A DNA stretch of 17,825 bases from Pseudomonadota bacterium (GCA_037142195.1 JBAXBA010000075.1:1-17825), one strand, 5' to 3'. Counted from the first letter of the stretch, positions 1 to 8,782 are shown. Numbers and translations are program-made. Notes: generated by a model from the sequence alone, not told the origin.

Positions 1-449
1 GCAAATTTACCTGAAATTAAAAAACATTTAGAAAATTCATTAATGTTAATGGTTGATGCCATGGAACTCAGTCCGGAAAAGGGACTATAGGAACCATCAA
101 ACAATTGATCTAAATTTTGATGGGCGACATTTACCGGTAACGGCGAGTATATGTTGAGAGTGGTGGAGGGAAAGTAAATAGGGTGAAAGAAAGGCAGTCC
201 CTGAATGTGGTCCCAGTGAAAATGGGTGTAAAAAATATGAATTTGAAGTTTGGCTTGATTCGTTAAGATCTGCTGCATGAGCTTCTCGCCAAGATTACAA
301 GCCCCGAAGCCAGTATCTACAATAATCAAGTGATCCTTGTAAACAATTTGCATACAAGTCGTGTTGCCTCCGTAAATCGCCGTATCTTTCCTAGGCGAGG
401 AAATGAGTCCCCGGGTTCCCCAGAACTTTATGCCGTACGAAGCGCCCAT
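1..449 (-). CDS. MBL-fold metallo-hydrolase (PhnP/RNase Z-like phosphodiesterase family), runs off the window start
   Basis: Not in the ORF track. Manual translation from ATG at 449 (GAGGGG SD-like upstream) gives MGASYGIKFWGTRGLISSP...YGGNTTC...IIVDTGFG...HIFYTHFHWDHIQGLPFF. The HxHxDH metal motif is intact and the frame is open to the window edge. Confidence 0.9.
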   Translation of the reverse strand, partial: MGASYGIKFWGTRGLISSPRKDTAIYGGNTTCMQIVYKDHLIIVDTGFGACNLGEKLMQQILTNQAKLQIHIFYTHFHWDHIQGLPFFHPIYFPSTTLNIYSPLPVNVAHQNLDQLFDGSYSPFSGLSSMASTININEFSKCFLISGKF

Positions 450-1333
450 ACATCCCCCTCGCATGCTGCGACTACTTCCACGTTCTTTGCTCGCCCCTCA
501 TGGACGACGCTTTCTACTTTCTCATGAACATCATGATCCAAATCTTCCGGAGCGTGGTGAAACAGTATCAGTCGTTTCACTCCAGCCTTAACGCAGAAAT
601 CAAGGGCCCTTGCAGGAGTCGAGTGCCCCCAATCTACTTTGAGATTTTTTTCGGTGAAATGGGTATCAAAGACAACTGTATTGCAGTCTTTGAGGAAGTT
701 TACCAAGCCATCATTGAAATCTTGTTCAAACTTTTTAGCATCTCCCGCAGACTTTTCACTCATGCCTTCGCCAAGATAGTTGCCATTTTCAATAGGAGCA
801 TTGTCGGTGACTACTGCCACACTGTCGGGTCCCAAATCTAGTCTATAAGCTAAAGTAATTCCCTGGTGATTAATCTGGTAGCAGGAAACTTTGACCTGAT
901 TTTCTAACAGAAATGTCGATCCCGCTTGAATGGATTCAAAATGAATTTGGGCTTTGATTTGGGATGACGGAACGGGAAGATTTTCATCTTTATGCAGACC
1001 AAAAAAGAGGTCATTGAAGGTGGCTTTAGAGCTTTTTGAAGAGTAAAAATTGATGGAGTTTGTTGGGTTATACATAGGCTCAAAAAAAGGAAATCCTAAA
1101 ATATGATCCCAATGGGTATGAGTGATAAGAAAATGAAACCTCTTTTCATTTGGTTTTTCTCCTAGAATCATCCCATAGTGAGCCAAGCCAGAGCCACCAT
1201 CTAAGAATATTTTGTAGTCAGAACCTTCCACTATAAATTCCATAGAAGTGGAGTTTCCACCATATCCTAGGAGGTCGACTTTATGGGTAGGCCTCGATCC
1301 GCGAACCCCAAGGAGCTTTAATTTAAGTGTCAT
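428..1333 (-). CDS. MBL-fold metallo-hydrolase (PhnP/RNase Z-like phosphodiesterase family)
   Basis: Motifs LGVRGS, YGGNST, LDGGSG, THTHWDH (HxHxDH), NHQG, WGHST and LFHH. The start overlaps the upstream stop (ATGA at 1330-1333). Confidence 0.92.
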   Translation of the reverse strand: MTLKLKLLGVRGSRPTHKVDLLGYGGNSTSMEFIVEGSDYKIFLDGGSGLAHYGMILGEKPNEKRFHFLITHTHWDHILGFPFFEPMYNPTNSINFYSSKSSKATFNDLFFGLHKDENLPVPSSQIKAQIHFESIQAGSTFLLENQVKVSCYQINHQGITLAYRLDLGPDSVAVVTDNAPIENGNYLGEGMSEKSAGDAKKFEQDFNDGLVNFLKDCNTVVFDTHFTEKNLKVDWGHSTPARALDFCVKAGVKRLILFHHAPEDLDHDVHEKVESVVHEGRAKNVEVVAACEGDVWALRTA

Positions 1334-2259
1334 GGGGTTCCTGTTCCAGATTTTTTAGGGGCCTCTAGTTTCATTTTACCTATTTTAACACCAGGCATTC
1401 CAGCAACCATAAGTATTTTTCGATTATTTTCAGAATTTAAATCAAAGCGTGCAATAATTTGCAAAGTATTCTGGTCTGGGCTCAAGATTACGGCAAAATC
1501 AAACTTTAGGGTTTTCATACTATTGTAAACAGCTCGTAGGCTTGATTCGGATTTATTGAACCATAAAAGATCCGCTACAATAAAGACCTGAGTTCCATCA
1601 TGGGCAGCTAGAATGGATTTTGTCTTAAAAGTTCCTCGTCCTTTTGCGCGATTTTGAGCAAATTTTCCGAATTCCACAGCATCGACTAAGGAGGCTGGGT
1701 TTTTAGACACCTTCGAGAAGAAGTCTTCAAAGACTCCTGAAAGTTTCTTTGTAGAGTCATTTTCTACCGTCCAAATGCAGCGTGCTGCATACCACGGGAT
1801 AAAATCTTGCCCGGCTCTTGCACCAGCTCTCAAACCCTCAAACGCAAAGCGCAGCATTTGAAAAGGAATGGAAGTCAAGGAAGCGCCAACGGCAAAGGCG
1901 TTCAATTTCCAATAGTTGTGCTTTTTCTCTGTGCCCGGCCCTCGCAGTTCATTGGTTTCAAGGACAATCGTGGGCCAAAGGCGTGCGATGGATAGCAACA
2001 TTAAATCTGTGGTGGATCCGTCACGCTCCATTACAATGATTTGTCGTGGATGCGAGGAGGTCTGCAAAGCTTGGCCTAAGCTTTGAATATTAGCGTGGAA
2101 TTGTATGCTTGCATGAAAAAGTGCGGTAAGTGGTTGAAGGCCGCTAGCCTTGACGGTGGGATTCGCGACAAAATGCACTTTAAAACCTTCAATCTTAAAG
2201 GCCTCAACCTTCAGTCTTTCAGGACTTAAAACTACAGTTTTGACTTGATTCTCGGTCAC
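1330..2259 (-). CDS. hypothetical protein (309 aa), first gene of the MBL operon
   Basis: Long ORF with GTG start, AGGGA SD-like upstream, and ATGA coupling to the MBL gene. No family recognised with confidence. Confidence 0.75.
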   Translation of the reverse strand: MTENQVKTVVLSPERLKVEAFKIEGFKVHFVANPTVKASGLQPLTALFHASIQFHANIQSLGQALQTSSHPRQIIVMERDGSTTDLMLLSIARLWPTIVLETNELRGPGTEKKHNYWKLNAFAVGASLTSIPFQMLRFAFEGLRAGARAGQDFIPWYAARCIWTVENDSTKKLSGVFEDFFSKVSKNPASLVDAVEFGKFAQNRAKGRGTFKTKSILAAHDGTQVFIVADLLWFNKSESSLRAVYNSMKTLKFDFAVILSPDQNTLQIIARFDLNSENNRKILMVAGMPGVKIGKMKLEAPKKSGTGTP

Positions 2260-2290
2260 CGAACTTCCCTTCTAACGGAGGTACGGAAAC

Positions 2291-2317
2291 CTTTCGGATG
2301 GAAACTAAAAAACCTGA
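2291..2317 (-). promoter_or_regulatory. weak sigma28 (FliA)-like promoter candidate
   Basis: Minus strand TCAG-N15-TCCGAAAG about 30 nt before the GTG at 2259. The CCGA core matches TAAA-N15/16-GCCGATAA, but the -35 match is poor. Confidence 0.25.
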
Positions 2318-2368
2318 GTTTTCGGTCTAGAAAATAGACGACCCAAGGCTAAAATGGGAAAATACTCC

Positions 2369-2935
2369 TTAAAAATCAACATGTTCTGAAAAAACGCGCC
2401 AATAAAGCCACGCGGAATAGAGGCTTACAAACAAAGAAAGTCCCAGGGTCACCTTTCCCACTTCCATCCAGGGCCAGCCCCAAAGATTTTCTCCCATGAG
2501 CAAACAAACGAGGCAGGTGTCCAGGAGTATGGTCTTTATTTTGCCAAAGGAATTGACGGCAACATGAATCCCTTTTTCCAGGGCAATGAGGCGCATTCCG
2601 GTTACCCCGACATCCCGAGCGAGTAACACAGCCAATAAGGGAGCGTAGAAAGGGTACCTGGAAGCAACGATGATGAGTGCCGCTGCCACAGCGATTTTAT
2701 CCGCTAAAGGATCTAAAATAGCGCCAAACTTTGATTCTACTTTCCACAGGCGCGCGAAATATCCGTCAAGCCAGTCAGAAAGTGCACTTAAAAGAAACAA
2801 AAACCCGCCTATGATCCTAAAATGTCGGCCCTCAAATGAGGAAATAGCCAAAAACAGGGGGACCGATGCAACTCGGAACATCGTGAGCTGATTGGGAAGG
2901 GCATGGAACCAAGGAGATTTTGACTCACTATTCAT
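2369..2935 (-). CDS. pgsA: CDP-diacylglycerol--glycerol-3-phosphate 3-phosphatidyltransferase
   Basis: PNQLTMFR start, CDP-alcohol phosphatidyltransferase motif DWLDGYFAR...SKFGAILDPLADK, GKIKT, hydrophobic helices, and GAGGTG SD. Confidence 0.93.
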   Translation of the reverse strand: MNSESKSPWFHALPNQLTMFRVASVPLFLAISSFEGRHFRIIGGFLFLLSALSDWLDGYFARLWKVESKFGAILDPLADKIAVAAALIIVASRYPFYAPLLAVLLARDVGVTGMRLIALEKGIHVAVNSFGKIKTILLDTCLVCLLMGENLWGWPWMEVGKVTLGLSLFVSLYSAWLYWRVFSEHVDF

Positions 2936-3039
2936 GATGGCACCTCGACTAGTTGAACTGGAAGAACTTAGCCTTGCTGGAGATGCTTGTCAATGCGGCA
3001 GGTATATGGCAAAAGGATATCTTGAGTGGGAGACTCATT

Positions 3040-4632
3040 ATGAAACACGAGCAGCGCAGAATTCAAACCTCGAGTCTTGTTATTGGCGGCGGTGTCGCTG
3101 GTCTTTCAACGGCCATAAAGCTCTCCCGCCTGGGGCCGGTGATCCTTATTTCTAAAGGCTCCCTGGTGGAAGCCAATACTTATTACGCTCAGGGAGGAAT
3201 TGCTTCCGTCCTATCGAAAGACGACAGTTTTGAGAATCATATCCGCGACACCTGCGAAGCGGGTGCTGGCCTCTGTAGGCTGGATGCAGTTAGGACCGTG
3301 GTGGAAGATGGTCCGAGAGCGATTGAGGAACTCATCAGTTGGGGGGTTGATTTTGACAAAGCCCATAGCGGAGAGTCGTATCATTTGACTCGAGAAGGGG
3401 GGCACTCTCATCGCCGTGTCATTCATGCAAAGGATTTGACGGGCAAAGCCCTGATGGAAACGCTGATTCATCTCGTGCGAGGGAATCCCAAGATTACGGT
3501 TATGGAGAATCAATTTGCCATTGATTTGATTACCTCCGATAAATATTGTCCTGATTTTTCAAAAAACAGCTGCTTTGGCGCGTATATTCTCAATCGACGT
3601 ACCAATGAGATTTTTCAGATTCAAGCGGGAAGAACGGTGCTAGCTACCGGAGGGCATGGTCGCATTTACTTGTATACGACCAATCCCGAGTTGGCGACAG
3701 GGGATGGAATAGCAATGGGTTGGCGAGCGGGAGCAAAAATAGCCAATTTGGAGTTTATGCAGTTTCATCCAACCTGTTTGTTTCATCCGCAAATCAAAGA
3801 CTTTCTAATTTCGGAAGCGGTTCGAGGGGAAGGGGGTATCCTTCGCAACAAAGTGGGAACTTCCTTTATGGAGGACTATCATCCCCAAGGGTCTCTTGCC
3901 CCAAGAGATATCGTAGCCCGTGCGATCGACAGGGAGCTAAAACGAAGTGGTGAAACCCATGTGTTTTTGGACGTGAGGCATTTAGGAGAAGAAAAGTTAA
4001 AAAGGCATTTTCCTAATATATTTGCTCGTTGTCTCTCCATCGGGCTAGATATATCGAAGGAAATGATTCCCGTGGTACCAGCTGCCCATTATAATTGTGG
4101 TGGCTTGGTCGTGGATCTTGATGCGAGATCCAGCATCCGAGGGCTCTATGCCGTCGGAGAGGTTGCATGCACAGGTCTTCACGGGGCGAATCGCTTGGCG
4201 TCGAATAGCCTCCTGGAAGCCATTGTTTTTTCTGACCGATTGGCTAAGGCAGCAGCGATAGATGGACAAAGGGAACATCTTCACAATCTTCCCGATTGGG
4301 ACTCAGGAGATGCGGTACCTTCTGATGAACAGGTCGTGTTGTCGCACACCTGGGACGAAATTCGCCGCATCATGTGGAATTACGTGGGGATTGTAAGGAC
4401 TGATAAGCGATTAAAGCGCGCAGAAGCAAAGATGCTTGCTCTTCGCCATGAGCTCACAGAATATTATTGGAACTATCAACTCAATGATAAGTTGCTTGAA
4501 GTTAGAAATCTTGCAGAAGTTGCTTATTTGACAATCCGATCTGCTATGCAGCGTAAAGAATCACGCGGCATTCACTATAATCTTGATTACAATTTTACGA
4601 GCGAGACAGCTAAAGATACCATATTATGGTGA
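3040..4632 (+). CDS. nadB: L-aspartate oxidase
   Basis: FAD motif VIGGGVAG, TYYAQGGIA, TREGGHSHRR, QFHPT, LISEAVRGEG, LAPRDIVAR, GLHGANRLASNSLLE and ESRGIHY. ATG 3040 follows GGGAGA and is preferred over the TTG at 2953. Confidence 0.96.
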   Translation: MKHEQRRIQTSSLVIGGGVAGLSTAIKLSRLGPVILISKGSLVEANTYYAQGGIASVLSKDDSFENHIRDTCEAGAGLCRLDAVRTVVEDGPRAIEELISWGVDFDKAHSGESYHLTREGGHSHRRVIHAKDLTGKALMETLIHLVRGNPKITVMENQFAIDLITSDKYCPDFSKNSCFGAYILNRRTNEIFQIQAGRTVLATGGHGRIYLYTTNPELATGDGIAMGWRAGAKIANLEFMQFHPTCLFHPQIKDFLISEAVRGEGGILRNKVGTSFMEDYHPQGSLAPRDIVARAIDRELKRSGETHVFLDVRHLGEEKLKRHFPNIFARCLSIGLDISKEMIPVVPAAHYNCGGLVVDLDARSSIRGLYAVGEVACTGLHGANRLASNSLLEAIVFSDRLAKAAAIDGQREHLHNLPDWDSGDAVPSDEQVVLSHTWDEIRRIMWNYVGIVRTDKRLKRAEAKMLALRHELTEYYWNYQLNDKLLEVRNLAEVAYLTIRSAMQRKESRGIHYNLDYNFTSETAKDTILW

Positions 4633-4641
4633 GTCTTCTTT

Positions 4642-4725
4642 GCAGGATAGGAAGCAGGACAGGAAGCAGGACAGGAAGCAGGACAGGAAGCAGGACAGGA
4701 AGCAGGACAGGAAACAGGATAGGAA
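4642..4725. repeat. intergenic tandem repeat, 7 x 12 bp (GCAGGACAGGAA)
   Basis: Five perfect internal copies (4654-4713) flanked by the variants GCAGGATAGGAA and ACAGGATAGGAA. It begins 10 nt after the nadB stop. Confidence 0.97.
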
Positions 4726-4813
4726 AGTAGACGAGAAGCTGGGTTAGAGAGATTTTCTAAGTTTTGTAGAGACCCAGACCCCTATTTTAGAGTTTAGTGT
4801 AAAGGCGGGCGCT

Positions 4814-6673
4814 GTGGCAAGAGTCGAAAATCGTAATATGGCACCTATTGTTTTGGCTCTTTCCTTAGTATTTGGGCCAGGCTTGCTAATGTTTTTTCTT
4901 GCACGTCTTTGGTACTTGATTTTAAATATCTCCGCTTTTAGGTCTATTAATATTATGTCTGCGCTGGCCATGGGGGTTCGATTTGACCTGGCTTTTCTAT
5001 GTCTTATTAATATCCCCATTCTTTTGCTAGCCATCGGATTCTGGTGGTTTAGGCGTGAAGGCCGGATGCTGCCTATCTTTTTTTTAGCCGTGAATCTGCC
5101 TTTCCTTTGGGCGGACTTAGCGGATGCTCTCTACTTTAGGTTTACAGGTCGCAGATCTACGTTTGCAGTAGTCCAGTTCTTTTCAGATGCCAAGGATCAA
5201 GCAACACATCTTGCCGCACAGTACTTCTATGTTGTCCTTGGAATTGTTTTTTTTACATACCTATTTACTAAATTGTCTCTTGAAGTAAAAAAACGAGTAT
5301 CGAGCTACTCCCATAACTGGTCGGGCAAATGGCTTGTGCCCGCAAGCCTTTTAGGATTCGCCTTCCTGGCAAGAGGAGGCTACCAGGAAAAACCTCTGAC
5401 TCCAGCCCACGCTTATGGCAACCAAGGTTCGAACTGGGCTGCGCTAGCTTTGAATTCAGGATTCAATGCCCTTAAATCTAAAAATCAAAAAATCGAATCA
5501 ACGACCTATATGGCGAATGCAGAGGTAAAGGCTGTTTTAGATAGTTTGAGAAAGCCCAGTGGTTTTTCACCAAGACCTGGACAAAATATAGTTCTGATTT
5601 TGGTGGAAAGTTTAGGCTTAGAAACCATGCGCCAAGCTCAGGATGTGACGCCTTTTTTAAATTCTCTCGGAGAAAAGTCTCTGTTTTTCGACAATGCTTT
5701 TGCGAATGGCAGAAGATCTATTGACGCAGTTCCCTCGGTTTTAGGAAGTCTTCCTGCTTTGATGGCAGAGCCGTTCATTAATACGGAATATCGCGCGAAT
5801 CATGTAAGGGGGCTGCCAAATATTTTAGGAGAACATGGGTATACCTCCTATTTCTTTCATGGCGGACGTAACGGAACCATGTTTTTTGATGTGATGTCGG
5901 CCATGTTTGGGGTTCAAACCTATTTTGGGAAAAGCGAGTATGGAAGTGGTGATGATGATGGGGCGTGGGGGATCTATGATGGGCCTTTTCTTCAGAAAGC
6001 AGTAAGCGAGCTTTCTAAGGCTTCGAACCCTTTTTTCTCGACAATATTTACCTTAAGCTCCCATAATCCCTATAAAGTTCCCGACTCATTCCAAGCCTCT
6101 GGGGTAGAATTTTCTTCGCCCTATTATCGGAGCATTTACTATGTGGATCAGGCGTTGGCGCACTTTTTTCAATCAGCAGAAAAAGAACCCTGGTTCTCTA
6201 ACACTTTATTTATCATTACCGGAGATCATACGGGAGAATCCAAGGACCCTAGGTATCAAGAAGATTTAGGAAACTATCGAGTCCCCATGCTCTTTTATAC
6301 CCCTTCAGGTTCATTTGCTTCAAGCCTCTCCCACAAAATCGTGCAACATGCAGATATTCCGGCAACGGTCTTGGACTATTTAGGTCTTTTAGAAAAAGAG
6401 GTTCCGCCAACCCTCATTGGCGGCAGCATGATGTCAGAGGGACAAATGGGCTATGTAGTATTAAAGTCGGGAGAAGAATTTCTTTTAGGTAAAGGTGATA
6501 GGCTTTACACGCTTTTGCCTGATGGGGCGTCCTCAAGTAAAGTCCTTTCCCAAGATTTTTATACGGGTCTAATCCCTGATTCCTATGATGGAGATCGGTT
6601 CATTCGAGCTCTCAAGCAGTATTTTGAAATAGGGATGAATGAAAACAAGCTAAGCCCCTTAGATTGGCGTTAG
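4814..6673 (+). CDS. LTA synthase family protein (membrane-anchored sulfatase-superfamily phosphoglycerol-type transferase)
   Basis: About 5 N-terminal TM segments (GVRFDL, DALYFRFTGRR), then NIVLILVES, ANGRRSIDA (nucleophile position), TLSSHNPY, ITGDH and QHADIPAT. The start could be ATG 4838. Confidence 0.9.
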   Translation: MARVENRNMAPIVLALSLVFGPGLLMFFLARLWYLILNISAFRSINIMSALAMGVRFDLAFLCLINIPILLLAIGFWWFRREGRMLPIFFLAVNLPFLWADLADALYFRFTGRRSTFAVVQFFSDAKDQATHLAAQYFYVVLGIVFFTYLFTKLSLEVKKRVSSYSHNWSGKWLVPASLLGFAFLARGGYQEKPLTPAHAYGNQGSNWAALALNSGFNALKSKNQKIESTTYMANAEVKAVLDSLRKPSGFSPRPGQNIVLILVESLGLETMRQAQDVTPFLNSLGEKSLFFDNAFANGRRSIDAVPSVLGSLPALMAEPFINTEYRANHVRGLPNILGEHGYTSYFFHGGRNGTMFFDVMSAMFGVQTYFGKSEYGSGDDDGAWGIYDGPFLQKAVSELSKASNPFFSTIFTLSSHNPYKVPDSFQASGVEFSSPYYRSIYYVDQALAHFFQSAEKEPWFSNTLFIITGDHTGESKDPRYQEDLGNYRVPMLFYTPSGSFASSLSHKIVQHADIPATVLDYLGLLEKEVPPTLIGGSMMSEGQMGYVVLKSGEEFLLGKGDRLYTLLPDGASSSKVLSQDFYTGLIPDSYDGDRFIRALKQYFEIGMNENKLSPLDWR

Positions 6674-6756
6674 CTTGATTTCAATGCTCAAGTTTCAAGC
6701 TTTGATAGTCTAGCTGTCCTGCCTATCAGAACTGACCTTCTTCGCTAGTTTTTCAT

Positions 6757-7452
6757 CTACAGGGCTGGCGTTTGAGTGCTTAGACTCGGTGTGCGGCTCG
6801 CCTGTGCACCTAAAAAAAGAGTTTGCAAAAGCGTATTGAGCATTAAATAGAACTCATTTCTTTGGGTATCACTTTTAGAGCTGTCGCCTTCATACTTTGA
6901 GATGGCAGACATTTGATACATCCCAATCAGCCCCGTGTATGCTTGAAACACAAAACGCATGGCGAATTTTTCGTGGGAAAACCATCCTTTGGAAACTAGA
7001 ATCTTTGAAAATTCAACCATTTGAGCTTTCACTTGATCTTTAAATTCAACCCATTCCCTTGAGGGAATTTTTTCTTCCAACACGGGCTTCAAAAAGGCAA
7101 GAAGTTCGACCATTTTGGGGTTCTTTTTCGTTGCACTAGCAAATATAGCAGCAATTTTTTCAGGGATCATGGGCGAATTTGGGCCCGACAGAAAAATGAA
7201 GTCTAAATCGGGGCTTTGGTGCATGCTTAAAAACCAATTTCTGATTTCATGGGCTAAGACAGACAAAAAGACGGACTCTTTAGTATCAAAGTATAAGTAA
7301 ATAGTTCCCTTTGCCAGACCTGTGCGTTCCGCTAAAAAAGACATGGAGATGTCGTGGAAACTTAAATATTCGAAAGCTGCTCTCGCGGCGGCAACGATTT
7401 TACTTTTTTTTTCTAACTTTTCAGCATCTGTGACCGATCGTTTTAAACCCAT
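6757..7452 (-). CDS. TetR/AcrR family transcriptional regulator
   Basis: N-terminal HTH ISMSFLAERTGLAKGTIYLYFDTKESVF, with AGGAG SD. Confidence 0.92.
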   Translation of the reverse strand: MGLKRSVTDAEKLEKKSKIVAAARAAFEYLSFHDISMSFLAERTGLAKGTIYLYFDTKESVFLSVLAHEIRNWFLSMHQSPDLDFIFLSGPNSPMIPEKIAAIFASATKKNPKMVELLAFLKPVLEEKIPSREWVEFKDQVKAQMVEFSKILVSKGWFSHEKFAMRFVFQAYTGLIGMYQMSAISKYEGDSSKSDTQRNEFYLMLNTLLQTLFLGAQASRTPSLSTQTPAL

Positions 7453-7727
7453 AATTCCGCGCTCCTATAGCAATCCTTAAGATTTTAACACAGATGTTTT
7501 CATTACGGAATCTTTCGGGATTTTAAGAGTTGAGATCTTCCATTCCGCTCGTGACCCATTTGTTGTTTGAACGAGCGCTTTGTTTGTATTAGGATTTAAG
7601 GGGTATCTCCAAATTGGCTATTCCTGTAGCACTCCTGGGCTCTATTCTTTTCCAAAGCCGGTGTGGTAAGAGTTTTCCAGGTTAAAACACAGTGAATTAA
7701 CCGAATTGATAATTTTAGGGAGGTTTT

Positions 7728-8360
7728 GTGTTGGTTAAAATGATTTCTGCAATTTCTTTTTTGGCGCTAACATCTGCAGCTTTTGGTAAAGCGGAGTCCG
7801 TTACGAACGGTGGAGAAATACTTGAGGGCCTCATCCGCTCTTGCGATATTTTGGGAATTTCCAATACCGGAGATGCTTCCTATGTGGGCTACTATTTCAA
7901 GAACATTCGTTCTGGAGATATTGTTGCGGTTCAAGGCAACAGTGTTACCATTCGAAACACCACAAAAGAAGATTTCTCTGTCTACCGTCCCCGTATCATC
8001 ACTCTAACACTTAACAGTGTGGAGCGCGAGAATGGTGTGCCTGTTGTTTATTACATTTCCGGTTCTTATGCAGGCATAAGTCGCTTTGTGGTCGACCCCG
8101 AAACAGGTGCAGGTCGTGATGGTCAAAACGTCCTTCTAGGCTCACTGGGAGAGATTGCCTTTAGTCCAAGCGATGTACTGGAAAAAACGGGCGAAAGATC
8201 TAAGCTTCGCGGTACTCTCACCTATGTGGATTTAAACACTCAAACGGACGAAGTGACCATTCCTCGCAGTAGCTTTGGAAATACACCCAAGATATTTGGT
8301 TGGGATCTTGCTACGCCCTCAAGTATCAATAGAGATGCCTTTTGCAAGGCTGGGCAATAA
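7728..8360 (+). CDS. secreted hypothetical protein (Sec signal peptide)
   Basis: AGGGAGG SD before GTG. N-terminus VKMISAISFLALTSAAFG is a basic-hydrophobic-AFG signal. The mature region looks beta-rich and has two Cys. Confidence 0.8.
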   Translation: MLVKMISAISFLALTSAAFGKAESVTNGGEILEGLIRSCDILGISNTGDASYVGYYFKNIRSGDIVAVQGNSVTIRNTTKEDFSVYRPRIITLTLNSVERENGVPVVYYISGSYAGISRFVVDPETGAGRDGQNVLLGSLGEIAFSPSDVLEKTGERSKLRGTLTYVDLNTQTDEVTIPRSSFGNTPKIFGWDLATPSSINRDAFCKAGQ

Positions 8361-8782
8361 GGTTTTTCGAAAAAATAGGTCCTAGCGAGCATCTCTTTGC
8401 AAGGATCGATTTTTTCCAGGTGGCGGCATAAAAACTTTGATTTTCCTCCTTCAGGCGCTACCTGCCAGAGGGGGGTTTTCTGGTGCTCACGTACTGACTC
8501 TATTCAGGTAGAATCGCTTTCGCGAGGGTGCTGGAGCCGATTTCTCATGGAATAAGGGAGGTGTAATGAGCAGTATGTGCTATAAAATTAGTATGTTATC
8601 CTCAAGTCGGTGGGCCTCCTTTTCATAATCAATTCTCCTTTTAGTAAAATTTGATTTCCCAGCGGGGGTTTTGTTGGCGCCTTACTTAGCACTATAATAG
8701 GTTCAGCGTATCATTTTGCTAGGTTTTTCTAGAAAATGCAGAATCGGCATGTTAGAAGGGGGGGCGCTATTTTTGAGATGCT

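Noticed and set aside
330..841. Plus-strand ORFs 330-527, 403-591 and 500-841
   Set aside because: They are antisense shadows of the two MBL genes and carry no motifs.
2953..3039. 29-aa N-terminal extension of NadB from TTG 2953
   Set aside because: It occupies the pgsA/nadB divergent promoter space. ATG 3040 has an SD and places the FAD motif at the usual N-terminal position.
4642..4725. CRISPR interpretation of the 12-bp repeats (also 17759-17825)
   Set aside because: The units are head-to-tail without spacers, too short, and there are no cas genes.
6672..6701. AGCTTGA/TCAAGCT inverted repeat with three TCAA heptads between convergent genes
   Set aside because: AT-rich arms, a 16-nt loop and no good U-tract make it too weak to call a terminator or binding site.
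8440..8470. ACCTGCC resembling the 3' end of a cobalamin riboswitch
   Set aside because: The other conserved elements (GGGAA, CCACTG, full B12 box) are absent.
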